DNA of 26,869 nt from a virus (lineage: Duplodnaviria; Caudoviricetes): positions 1-26,869 of the IMG/VR virus record IMGVR_UViG_3300032233_001657, one strand, 5' to 3'. This document shows positions 16,813 through 25,105 of this stretch, piece by piece. The notes beneath the pieces were generated by a model that saw only the letters and a program-made list of their open reading frames with translations, had not been told where the DNA came from and did not search any database. The position numbers were made by a program, and so were the translations under genes. Numbering within the stretch: position 1 is the first letter of the stretch; the number at the start of each line of letters is the position of its first letter.

Positions 16813-16844
16813 AAAATATAAGAAATAAAAAACAATAAACCAAA
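16813..16844 (-). promoter_or_regulatory. Bacteroidota-type promoter (TTTG-N20-TATATTTT)
   Basis: Same spacing as the other copies; lies upstream of ATG 16779. Confidence 0.5.
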
Positions 16845-16845
16845 A

Positions 16846-16853
16846 TATTTATA
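16846..16853 (+). promoter_or_regulatory. TATTTATA motif
   Basis: 14 nt before ATG 16868. Confidence 0.5.
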
Positions 16854-16867
16854 AAAAAAGAAATACT

Positions 16868-16999
16868 ATGGCCTGCGGATGTAAAAAAAAGAACCAAGAA
16901 GCTCCAGCTCAACCGGCTCCAGCAACAATAAGATTAACAGAAGTGATGACACCGGTACCGACATCAATACCTACGGCACCTTCAACACCTAATCAATAA
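16868..16999 (+). CDS. Small protein, 43 aa (MACGCKKKNQEAPAQPAPATIRLTEVMTPVPTSIPTAPSTPNQ)
   Basis: Hand-translated. Has an upstream motif and a downstream terminator. CxC N-terminus and Pro/Thr-rich tail. Confidence 0.72.
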   Translation: MACGCKKKNQEAPAQPAPATIRLTEVMTPVPTSIPTAPSTPNQ

Positions 17000-17038
17000 T
17001 ATCGTCTTAATAAACGATTAAATGAAATATCGTCTTAA
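16998..17038. repeat. 13-bp direct repeat AATATCGTCTTAA (16998-17010 and 17026-17038)
   Basis: Read directly from the sequence. Each copy forms the left arm of an inverted repeat. Confidence 0.75.
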
Positions 17039-17053
17039 CTGACGATATTTTTT
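17025..17053 (+). terminator. Intrinsic terminator-like hairpin
   Basis: AAATATCGTC-ttaact-GACGATATTT followed by further T residues. Confidence 0.65.
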
Positions 17054-17089
17054 AACCATTATAATATATATAAAAATATATACTTGAAT

Positions 17090-17287
17090 ATGAAAGTAGA
17101 AAAAAAATTAACGAGTGTTCATGTCTTAGAAGACATCTACAGAAAATTTAAAATTAATGCCATAGATGGTAATATTAATTTACAAAAATTGGTAAATAGG
17201 TCTTTAGATTTATATATAAAAGATGAAACCTACAGAAATAAAATAAACAATTATACTGATTTGTCAGTAAGTGGATCAAAATATTAA
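17090..17287 (+). CDS. Small ribbon-helix-helix-like DNA-binding protein
   Basis: N-terminal beta-strand pattern LTSVHV, then two helices (EDIYRKFKINA and LQKLVNRSLDLYI). ATG 17090 is preferred to TTG 17084. Confidence 0.6.
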   Translation: MKVEKKLTSVHVLEDIYRKFKINAIDGNINLQKLVNRSLDLYIKDETYRNKINNYTDLSVSGSKY

Positions 17288-18650
17288 TATATTGAAAAAG
17301 AGAATATTATTGTTATCGGACGATTTAAGAATGACTTCAGGTATCGCCACCATGTCAAAAGAATTTGTTTTAGGTACTCTTCACAAATACGATTGGTTAC
17401 AATTAGGTTCGGGTATTAACCATCCCGAAGTTGGTTCTGTGGTTGACATAAACGAAGATGTTAGGAAACGTACTGGAATTAAAGATGCGGACTTAAAAAT
17501 AATACCTAATAATGGTTATGGTGATATACATACACTTAGAAAATTATTAAAAGAAGAAAGGATAGATGCTATTTTACACTTTACAGATCCTCATTATTGG
17601 CAATGGTTATATGAGAATGAGCATGAGATAAGACAACAAGTACCAATTTTATATTATCACATATGGGATAATTTACCTGACCCATTTTATAATAGAAATT
17701 TTTATGAGAGTTGTGATTGGTTGGGTTGCATATCTAAACAGACATATGGTATTGTTCATCGCGTTGGTAAATCAAAAAAAGAATTGACATATAAACCATT
17801 AGAAGATTGGCAAATTAGTTATGTTCCTCATGGTATTAATCCTGATGTTTTTAAACCAATCGACGAAGTTCCTGTGGATGTTAAAAACACTTTATTTCAA
17901 AATAGACAATATGATTTTGTTTTATTTTATAACAGTAGAAATATAAGAAGAAAACAACCAAGTGATGTTATCTATTCATTTAAATTATTTTGTGATAATC
18001 TACCTAAAGGTGAAGCCGATAGATGTTTACTTTTAATGCACACAAGTCCTATTGATGAGAATGGTACAGATTTACCGGCAGTTAAAGATGCTGTTTGTCC
18101 TAATTACATGGTAACATTTATAAACACAAAAATTGAACAGAGTCAATTAAATGAAATCTATAATTTAGTTGATTGTACAATCAATATTGCAAACAACGAA
18201 GGTTTTGGTTTAGGTACCGCAGAAAGTATTATGGCGGGTACTCCAATCATTGTAAACGTTACTGGTGGTTTACAAGACCAATGTGGGTTTGATTACACGG
18301 CAGATGATTATATCGAAATTGGTTCATTGCATGATAAGAAGAAATTTGGTGATACTCCTTCAGGTGAATGGGTAATTCCAGTTTGGTCATCAGCTAGTAA
18401 CATTAATGGTTCGGTAATGACCCCATACATCTTTGACGACAGAGTTAATGATTATGATGTGTCAGATGCCATTATGAAAATGTATAAAATAGGTAGAGAA
18501 AAAAGAAAAGAGTGTGGGTTGAAAGGAAGAGAATGGGCAATTAAAAATGTTTCATCTAAAGTTATGTGTGATAGTATGATTGATGGCATTGAAACCACAT
18601 TTAAAAATTATAAACCAAAAAAGAATTTTAATTTATATAAGATAGTATAA
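17271..18650 (+). CDS. Glycosyltransferase family 4 (GT-B)
   Basis: ILLLSDD...SG, VPHGI, RNIRRK and NEGFGLGTAE (Ex7E). The true start may be TTG 17292. Confidence 0.88.
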   Translation: MDQNINILKKRILLLSDDLRMTSGIATMSKEFVLGTLHKYDWLQLGSGINHPEVGSVVDINEDVRKRTGIKDADLKIIPNNGYGDIHTLRKLLKEERIDAILHFTDPHYWQWLYENEHEIRQQVPILYYHIWDNLPDPFYNRNFYESCDWLGCISKQTYGIVHRVGKSKKELTYKPLEDWQISYVPHGINPDVFKPIDEVPVDVKNTLFQNRQYDFVLFYNSRNIRRKQPSDVIYSFKLFCDNLPKGEADRCLLLMHTSPIDENGTDLPAVKDAVCPNYMVTFINTKIEQSQLNEIYNLVDCTINIANNEGFGLGTAESIMAGTPIIVNVTGGLQDQCGFDYTADDYIEIGSLHDKKKFGDTPSGEWVIPVWSSASNINGSVMTPYIFDDRVNDYDVSDAIMKMYKIGREKRKECGLKGREWAIKNVSSKVMCDSMIDGIETTFKNYKPKKNFNLYKIV

Positions 18651-18651
18651 T

Positions 18652-19914
18652 ATGAATAAACAAACATTATTATTTAGAGGTCCGGTTAAATCAAGAAGTG
18701 GATATGGTTCACATTCAAGAGATTTGTTAGAAGCGTTGTATCAAATGGATATATACGACATAAAAATTGATAGTTGTTTATGGGGAAATACTCCAATGAA
18801 TGCTCTTGAAAAAGATAATGAATTTCATAAATGGATAGTTGAAAATTCAGTATCAGAATTTAATGGTTTACCAGACATATATGTTCAAGTAACCGTACCG
18901 AATGAATTTCAACGTTATGGTAAGTTTAATATTGGAATCACTGCAGGTATTGAAACCACGTTAGCTCCCAAAGATTGGATTGATGGGTGTAATAGAATGG
19001 ATTTAATTATTGCTACTTCTAATTTTTCAAGAGATGTTTTATTAACAACGGTTTATGACGAAAAAGAAAAAAATAGTGATAAATTAGTAAAACAACATAG
19101 AATTGAAAAACCCATAGAAGTTTTATTTGAGGGTGTTGACACTAACATTTATAATAATGTTGTTAACCCATCTTTTGAATTAGATATTAAGGAAGATTTT
19201 GCATATCTTTTTGTTGGTCATTGGTTAAAAGGAAATATAGGTCAAGATAGAAAAGATGTGGGTATGTTGATTAAAACATTTGCTGAAACATTTAAAGATA
19301 AAACTGAATGTCCTGCACTTATTTTAAAAACATCGTCAGCCGTATTTTCAGTAATTGAACGTGAATCGTTCAGGAAAAAAATTAAGAGTATTTTAACCGG
19401 TATAAACAATCCACCCCCAATATATTTGTTATTTGGTGACCTAACAAATAAAGAGATGAATGATTTATACAATCATCCAAAAATTAAATCAATGGTATCA
19501 ATAACCAAAGGTGAGGGATTTGGTAGACCTTTATTAGAATTCACAATGACAGGTAAACCAGTGATAGCATCTAATTGGTCAGGACATAAGGATTTTCTAT
19601 CAATGGAAAGTTCAGTAATGATTGGTGGGTCTTTGACCGAAGTTGATGATAGTGCAGTTGATAATTTTATACTAAAGGGTTCAAAATGGTTTACTGCCAA
19701 TTATGATGAGTTTTCTCAGGTTTTAATTTTAGTTAAAGAACAATATGATAAATTTTTAAATCGTTCAGAAGTGTTGAGAATTGAAAATTCAAATAAATTT
19801 TCATTGACTAAGATGAAAGAAGTGTTCTCATCCTTAATTCAAAGTAAAGTAATGGTACCAACTAAAGTAAATTTAATATTACCTAAATTAAATAAAATAC
19901 AGGGTAAAATTTAA
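18652..19914 (+). CDS. Glycosyltransferase family 4 (GT-B)
   Basis: SRSGYGSHSR, QDRKD and GEGFGRPLLE (Ex7E). Confidence 0.88.
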   Translation: MNKQTLLFRGPVKSRSGYGSHSRDLLEALYQMDIYDIKIDSCLWGNTPMNALEKDNEFHKWIVENSVSEFNGLPDIYVQVTVPNEFQRYGKFNIGITAGIETTLAPKDWIDGCNRMDLIIATSNFSRDVLLTTVYDEKEKNSDKLVKQHRIEKPIEVLFEGVDTNIYNNVVNPSFELDIKEDFAYLFVGHWLKGNIGQDRKDVGMLIKTFAETFKDKTECPALILKTSSAVFSVIERESFRKKIKSILTGINNPPPIYLLFGDLTNKEMNDLYNHPKIKSMVSITKGEGFGRPLLEFTMTGKPVIASNWSGHKDFLSMESSVMIGGSLTEVDDSAVDNFILKGSKWFTANYDEFSQVLILVKEQYDKFLNRSEVLRIENSNKFSLTKMKEVFSSLIQSKVMVPTKVNLILPKLNKIQGKI

Positions 19915-19923
19915 AAATTAACT

Positions 19924-20259
19924 ATGGATTTTAAATTTTTTATAGGTAAACAATATGAGTTAGAACCAACACAATTATTATCATTAAGACGTAATGATTT
20001 TAAATTTTTTCATGGGTTAGTTAAAGGAAGAACGACAGTTGTGTGGATGCCTGAAACTGATGGTAGAGATTATTATGGTTTGGATGTTGAACAAGAATTA
20101 ACAAGACTAATGTCAAGAGAAATTGCTCGTGGAATTGATAATGAAATTATTAATAGACTAACAGAATTAATGAGCGATGAGGGTAATCAAATAGTTGAAA
20201 GAAATGTAAATGCGGATTACCTACAACGTTATTTAAATATGGGAGGGAACGTAGCATGA
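19924..20259 (+). CDS. Small protein containing a T4 gp23-type major-capsid-like segment
   Basis: WMPE...YYGLDVEQELTRLMSREIARGIDNEII resembles the gp23-family W/Y..E..QD...HGLDAEAEL..ILS.EI..EI.REI. Confidence 0.6.
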   Translation: MDFKFFIGKQYELEPTQLLSLRRNDFKFFHGLVKGRTTVVWMPETDGRDYYGLDVEQELTRLMSREIARGIDNEIINRLTELMSDEGNQIVERNVNADYLQRYLNMGGNVA

Positions 20260-20564
20260 AATGTGATAGACATATTTGGGACACAGTCAATAATGAGTGG
20301 TGTTGGAGGTGTGAGGAATTAACATTAGAAGAAAATAAGAAAAAATATAACAATAAAATGGAGGCTTTAGATTTTAAACATTTTAAAAATCAACTAAATA
20401 AAGGAACAATTATACCTGAAAAACTTTACTATATATTACAGGAAGAATTAGATAATGGAGAAGATAAACTGACTTTATTGAGTCATGATATTGAGGATGA
20501 TTTACCCAATTATCAATTTATTAAATTTGGTTTAAATTCATTATGGCCAATCGTTAAAAAATAA
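20256..20564 (+). CDS. Hypothetical protein with N-terminal CxxH...CxxC putative zinc site
   Basis: CDRH...WCWRC. ATGA overlap with the upstream gene. Confidence 0.6.
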   Translation: MKCDRHIWDTVNNEWCWRCEELTLEENKKKYNNKMEALDFKHFKNQLNKGTIIPEKLYYILQEELDNGEDKLTLLSHDIEDDLPNYQFIKFGLNSLWPIVKK

Positions 20565-20566
20565 TT

Positions 20567-21187
20567 ATGAAAATAAGCTTTGCAATTACAGTATGTAATG
20601 AATTAGAAGAAATAAAAAAATTAGTTCCATTCATACTTGAACATAAAAGAATTGGGGATGAGATTGTCATATTATATGACGATAAAAATGGTAATCCTGA
20701 GATATTGGATTTCTTACTTCCATTTAACATTAAACCAAATGTTCAAACATGGAGATGTTTTGATTGGAATAATAATTTTGCAGATTGGAAAAATATATTG
20801 AATGGTTATTGCGAAGGTGATTACATTTATCAAATAGATGCTGACGAAATTATTAGTGAGTATATGATTAAAAATCTATATCAAATATTAGAAATGAATT
20901 CTAACGTAGATTTAATATTTGTTCCTCGTATTAATACCGTTAATGGTATAACCCAAGAACATATTGATAAGTGGGGTTGGAGAGTTAATGAGAATGGATG
21001 GATAAATTTTCCCGATTCTCAAGGAAGAATATACCGTAAAGGTATGAGTTGGTACGGTAAAGTGCATGAACGAATAATAGGTGGTCAGAAATTTTCATCA
21101 TTACCATTAGATGAGGAATATTGTATTCAACATCATAAGACAATCGAACGTCAAGAAAAACAAAACAATCTATATAATACAATATGA
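20567..21187 (+). CDS. Glycosyltransferase family 2
   Basis: ISFAITVCNE, IDADE (DxD) and VHE. Confidence 0.88.
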   Translation: MKISFAITVCNELEEIKKLVPFILEHKRIGDEIVILYDDKNGNPEILDFLLPFNIKPNVQTWRCFDWNNNFADWKNILNGYCEGDYIYQIDADEIISEYMIKNLYQILEMNSNVDLIFVPRINTVNGITQEHIDKWGWRVNENGWINFPDSQGRIYRKGMSWYGKVHERIIGGQKFSSLPLDEEYCIQHHKTIERQEKQNNLYNTI

Positions 21188-22176
21188 AAATTTTAATTAC
21201 TGGAGTTGCTGGTTTAATTGGTTCAAGACTTGCAGATTATATTATCATGAATCAACCAGATGTGTACATAGTTGGTATTGATGATTTAAGTGGTGGATAC
21301 ATTGAAAATGTTAACCCAAAAGTTGAATTATGGCAAATGAATTTAATAAACGGAAACATTTCAGAATGTTTTGAAAGACATCAATTTGATTATGTTTATC
21401 ATATGGCAGCGTATGCTGCTGAAGGGTTATCTCCATTCATAAGGAGTTACAACTACCAAAACAATTTAGTTGCCACATCTCGTATTATCAATGAATGTAT
21501 AATACATAATGTTAAAAGATTAATCTTCACATCCACAATGGCCGTTTACGGACATGGTAATGGTGACATATTTGATGAGACTCAAGTTCCTTGTCCGGTG
21601 GACCCATATGGTATTGCAAAGTATGCGTGTGAAATGGACATTAAAGTTGCTGGTGAACAACATGGGTTGGATTGGTGTATTGTACGTCCACATAATGTTT
21701 ATGGTGTTAAACAAAACATATGGGACAAATATCGTAACGTATTAGGTATTTGGATGTATCAACATATGAATGGTGAACCAATGACAATTTTTGGTGATGG
21801 TATGCAAAAAAGGGCGTTTAGTTATGTTGACGACTGTTTGGAACCTCTGTGGAAAACATCTCAACAAGATAATTGTTCAAAAGAAATCATTAACCTTGGT
21901 GGTACCATTCATTATACAATTAATGAAGCAAATGAGATTTTAAAAAATGTAATCAAGGGTGGTGAAACAATATATAAGGAACAAAGACATGAAGTTAAAA
22001 ATGCGGTACCCACTTGGCAAAAATCTGTAGATTTATTGAATTATAAGGATGAGACTTATTTACACGATGGTTTAGTTAAAATGTGGAAATGGGCTCAAAA
22101 TCAACCCAATCGTGAAAGATTTGTTTGGGAAAATTATGAAATTTCTAAAGGAATTTATGAATTTTGGAAAAAATAA
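21184..22176 (+). CDS. NAD-dependent nucleotide-sugar epimerase/dehydratase
   Basis: TGVAGLIG, STMAVYG, YGIAK (YxxxK) and RPHNVYG. Confidence 0.92.
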   Translation: MKILITGVAGLIGSRLADYIIMNQPDVYIVGIDDLSGGYIENVNPKVELWQMNLINGNISECFERHQFDYVYHMAAYAAEGLSPFIRSYNYQNNLVATSRIINECIIHNVKRLIFTSTMAVYGHGNGDIFDETQVPCPVDPYGIAKYACEMDIKVAGEQHGLDWCIVRPHNVYGVKQNIWDKYRNVLGIWMYQHMNGEPMTIFGDGMQKRAFSYVDDCLEPLWKTSQQDNCSKEIINLGGTIHYTINEANEILKNVIKGGETIYKEQRHEVKNAVPTWQKSVDLLNYKDETYLHDGLVKMWKWAQNQPNRERFVWENYEISKGIYEFWKK

Positions 22177-22203
22177 CGTATATTATATTATAAATTAAAA
22201 AAG

Positions 22204-23385
22204 ATGAAAAAAGAAATCCCTTTATTTAAAGTTTTTATGGCTGACACTGCAGCTGAAGAAGTAGGAAAGGTACTAAACAGTGGTTTTATTGGTCAAGGAG
22301 CTAAAGTTGATGAATTCGAAATTCAATTAAATGATTATTTTCAACACCCATACATTACAACATTAAATTCGGCAACTTCTGCCGAACACTTGGCGTTGCA
22401 TTTAATTAAAAAACCAAATGTTTTTACAAAGGCCGATGGTTATGGTGTAAGAGAAAATCTTTGGGAGGGCATTGAAGAGGGTGATGAAGTTTTAACAACA
22501 CCATTAACCTGTACCGCAACTAACTGGCCAATACTTGCTAATAATTTTAAAATTAAATGGGTTGACATTGACCCAAATACATTAAACATGGACATGGATG
22601 ATTTGGAAAGAAAAATCACTAAAAAGACTAAAGCCATTATGGTAGTTCATTGGGGTGGATACCCAAATGATTTAGAAAGACTTAGACAAATTCAAGAAAA
22701 ATCAATGCGTTTATATGGATTTAAACCTGCCGTTATTGAAGATTGTGCACATTCGATGGGTAGTAAGTATAAAGGTAAACTAATAGGAACTCATGGTAAC
22801 ATTTGTACCTTTTCATTACAAGCAATCAAACACATTACATCTGTAGATGGTGGTTTATTATTTTTACCTCACCAAGACTTAAACAAAAGAGCTCGATTAT
22901 TAAGATGGTATGGTATTGATAGAGATAGTCCAAGAAAAGATTTTAGATGTGAAGCCGATATTGAAGAGTGGGGATTTAAATTTCATATGAATGATGTTAA
23001 CGCAGCAGTCGGTATTGAGAATTTTAAACATGTGGATGAAATTGTTGGTAAACATAAGGCTAACGCAAAATATTATGATGACAAGTTAAAAAATATACCA
23101 GGTTTAACATTATTAGAAAGGAATCCTGATATGGAAAGTGCGTTTTGGATTTATTCAATACTTGTTGATAGAAAAGGTGACTTCATGAGATATATGAAGG
23201 AGTGTGGGATTGCAGTTTCCCAAGTACATGAAAGAAATGATATACATACTTGTGTTAAAGAATACCGTTCATTGTTACCAAATTTAGATAAGACCATTGG
23301 TCGAGTAATTTCAATACCTATTGGTTGGTGGTTAACTGACGAGGATAAAAAATATATAGTGGATTGTATTAAAAAAGGATGGTAA
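22204..23385 (+). CDS. DegT/DnrJ/EryC1/StrS PLP-dependent sugar aminotransferase
   Basis: NSATSAEHLAL, VHWGG, IEDCAHS and FSLQAIKHIT (PLP-binding lysine). Confidence 0.93.
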   Translation: MKKEIPLFKVFMADTAAEEVGKVLNSGFIGQGAKVDEFEIQLNDYFQHPYITTLNSATSAEHLALHLIKKPNVFTKADGYGVRENLWEGIEEGDEVLTTPLTCTATNWPILANNFKIKWVDIDPNTLNMDMDDLERKITKKTKAIMVVHWGGYPNDLERLRQIQEKSMRLYGFKPAVIEDCAHSMGSKYKGKLIGTHGNICTFSLQAIKHITSVDGGLLFLPHQDLNKRARLLRWYGIDRDSPRKDFRCEADIEEWGFKFHMNDVNAAVGIENFKHVDEIVGKHKANAKYYDDKLKNIPGLTLLERNPDMESAFWIYSILVDRKGDFMRYMKECGIAVSQVHERNDIHTCVKEYRSLLPNLDKTIGRVISIPIGWWLTDEDKKYIVDCIKKGW

Positions 23386-24350
23386 TGGATAAAGTGATTG
23401 ACGAATCTTTTTTAAAATCAGATGTAACGGAATTTGCGTTAGGTTATGATAGAGTTAAAAACCATACTTGGTATGATAACTTAAATTATTTAGTTGACTT
23501 ATCTAAAGGGTATTTCAGTGACGATGATTTTATTATGGATTACTCTTGTGGTACCGGTATATTTTCTGAAAGATTACTAAAATCATCTATTAGTTGTCCG
23601 AGAATTTTAATGATGGATTCATCTCCAAAATATCTTAAATTATCATATGATAAATTTGGTAATAATTATAAATTCTTTTTTAGATTAATGAAATATCTAA
23701 AAGAAGAAAATAGATTACAAACCATTGATGAATCCATGGGTAAAGACTATAAAGAACTGTTAGATGGTATCATTTGTACCAATGCCATTCATCTTTATCC
23801 AACAATTTCAGATACTATAAAATCTTGGGATAAACTATTGGTTAAAGGAGGTAAGCTATTAATTAATTCTGGTAACATATTCAACCCATCTATGGATAAT
23901 GAATCAAAACTAATAGATCAAACCGTAAATGAAATTGCTAAATTATCATATAAAATTGTTAAAGAAACATCGAAATATTCAAAATATTGTGATTTAATTA
24001 ATGACGTTGATTATATTAAAAAACACGATTCATTAAGGGATAAGTATTTTTTACCAGTTAAGAATATCGAATATTATACCGATGAAATTTTAAAAAACAA
24101 TTTTAAAATTTTAGAAATAAAGACAATAAATATTGACGCAAGAGTTGATGAATGGTTTGAGTTTTTAAAAGTATATCACGAAGGTATTATAAGTTGGGTT
24201 GGGGGTGCAAATAAAATAACCGGTGTTGACCCAAAAGAGGATGAGATTGAGGATAGGATTGATATAATAAAATTAGCTTTAAATGAAATGTTTAATAATA
24301 ACAACGATTTCAAAGCATGTTGGAATTATATAATTTGTGAAAAAATATGA
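23379..24350 (+). CDS. Class I SAM-dependent methyltransferase
   Basis: MDYSCGTG, MDSS, NAIHL and LVKGGKL. The start may be ATG 23385. Confidence 0.82.
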   Translation: MVMDKVIDESFLKSDVTEFALGYDRVKNHTWYDNLNYLVDLSKGYFSDDDFIMDYSCGTGIFSERLLKSSISCPRILMMDSSPKYLKLSYDKFGNNYKFFFRLMKYLKEENRLQTIDESMGKDYKELLDGIICTNAIHLYPTISDTIKSWDKLLVKGGKLLINSGNIFNPSMDNESKLIDQTVNEIAKLSYKIVKETSKYSKYCDLINDVDYIKKHDSLRDKYFLPVKNIEYYTDEILKNNFKILEIKTINIDARVDEWFEFLKVYHEGIISWVGGANKITGVDPKEDEIEDRIDIIKLALNEMFNNNNDFKACWNYIICEKI

Positions 24351-25096
24351 GTAAATGTGCTAAAATAATCTGTACATATTTTGGTGAAAGAAGAACTCAT
24401 GTCTATAATAATCCAAAAGATATGATGTCATTTTTTTTAAAGATGATGAAAAATGAGGTTAGTATTGATATGGGTATTGATACGGACATTATTTTAGTTA
24501 ACAATATTTGTAGAAATCCAGCAATAAATGACGGAGTAAATCGTTTTAATAATAATAAAACAAAAAATGGTAAGGTAATTGTTGAACAAAGAGAAAACAT
24601 TGGTGGGTCTTTTGGCTCATATTTTGATATGTTTGAAAAGTATTCGTCAGAATATGATTATTTCTTTTTTTGTGAAGATGATCATATAATTTTTAAAGAA
24701 GGTTATATGAAAGATTTTGTGGACTTTATTGACTCAGATGATAAGGTTGGGTATGTTGCACTTGCTCCTGTTACTTTACCTGGTCTACTTGGACTACCAA
24801 TACATTCTGGTGGAGGTATTGGGTTAACATCAACCAAAAATTTTAACAAGGTGTATGGTGAAGGCTCAAAATGTAATTTTAGAAATGAAATGAAACATAA
24901 TCAACCGTATCATTTCTTACAAAATTATGAAAGTAGATTTAACGCCAATTTTATATCACATGGTGGGTTTGATATTAAAAATCACCCAAAATATTCTTGT
25001 ATTCCAAATAACTATAAAAATTTTGAATCTAACTACATAAATTATTTAAACGAAGAGAATTTACAAAAAGAGTTTATTTATAATGTAGGAGAATAA
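24347..25096 (+). CDS. GT-A-fold glycosyltransferase-like protein
   Basis: IILVNN, RENIGGSFG, YDYFFFCEDD, and position within the glycan cluster. Confidence 0.6.
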   Translation: MSKCAKIICTYFGERRTHVYNNPKDMMSFFLKMMKNEVSIDMGIDTDIILVNNICRNPAINDGVNRFNNNKTKNGKVIVEQRENIGGSFGSYFDMFEKYSSEYDYFFFCEDDHIIFKEGYMKDFVDFIDSDDKVGYVALAPVTLPGLLGLPIHSGGGIGLTSTKNFNKVYGEGSKCNFRNEMKHNQPYHFLQNYESRFNANFISHGGFDIKNHPKYSCIPNNYKNFESNYINYLNEENLQKEFIYNVGE

Positions 25097-25105
25097 TATT
25101 AAAAT

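Noticed and set aside
16998-17053. Possible mini-CRISPR array or tRNA
   Set aside because: There are only two 13-bp copies with a 15-nt gap, no cas genes, and no cloverleaf or T-loop motif.
19242-24600. Minus-strand ORFs and the out-of-frame ORF at 21554 within the glycan cluster
   Set aside because: They are short, embedded in clearly identified genes, and have no recognisable features.
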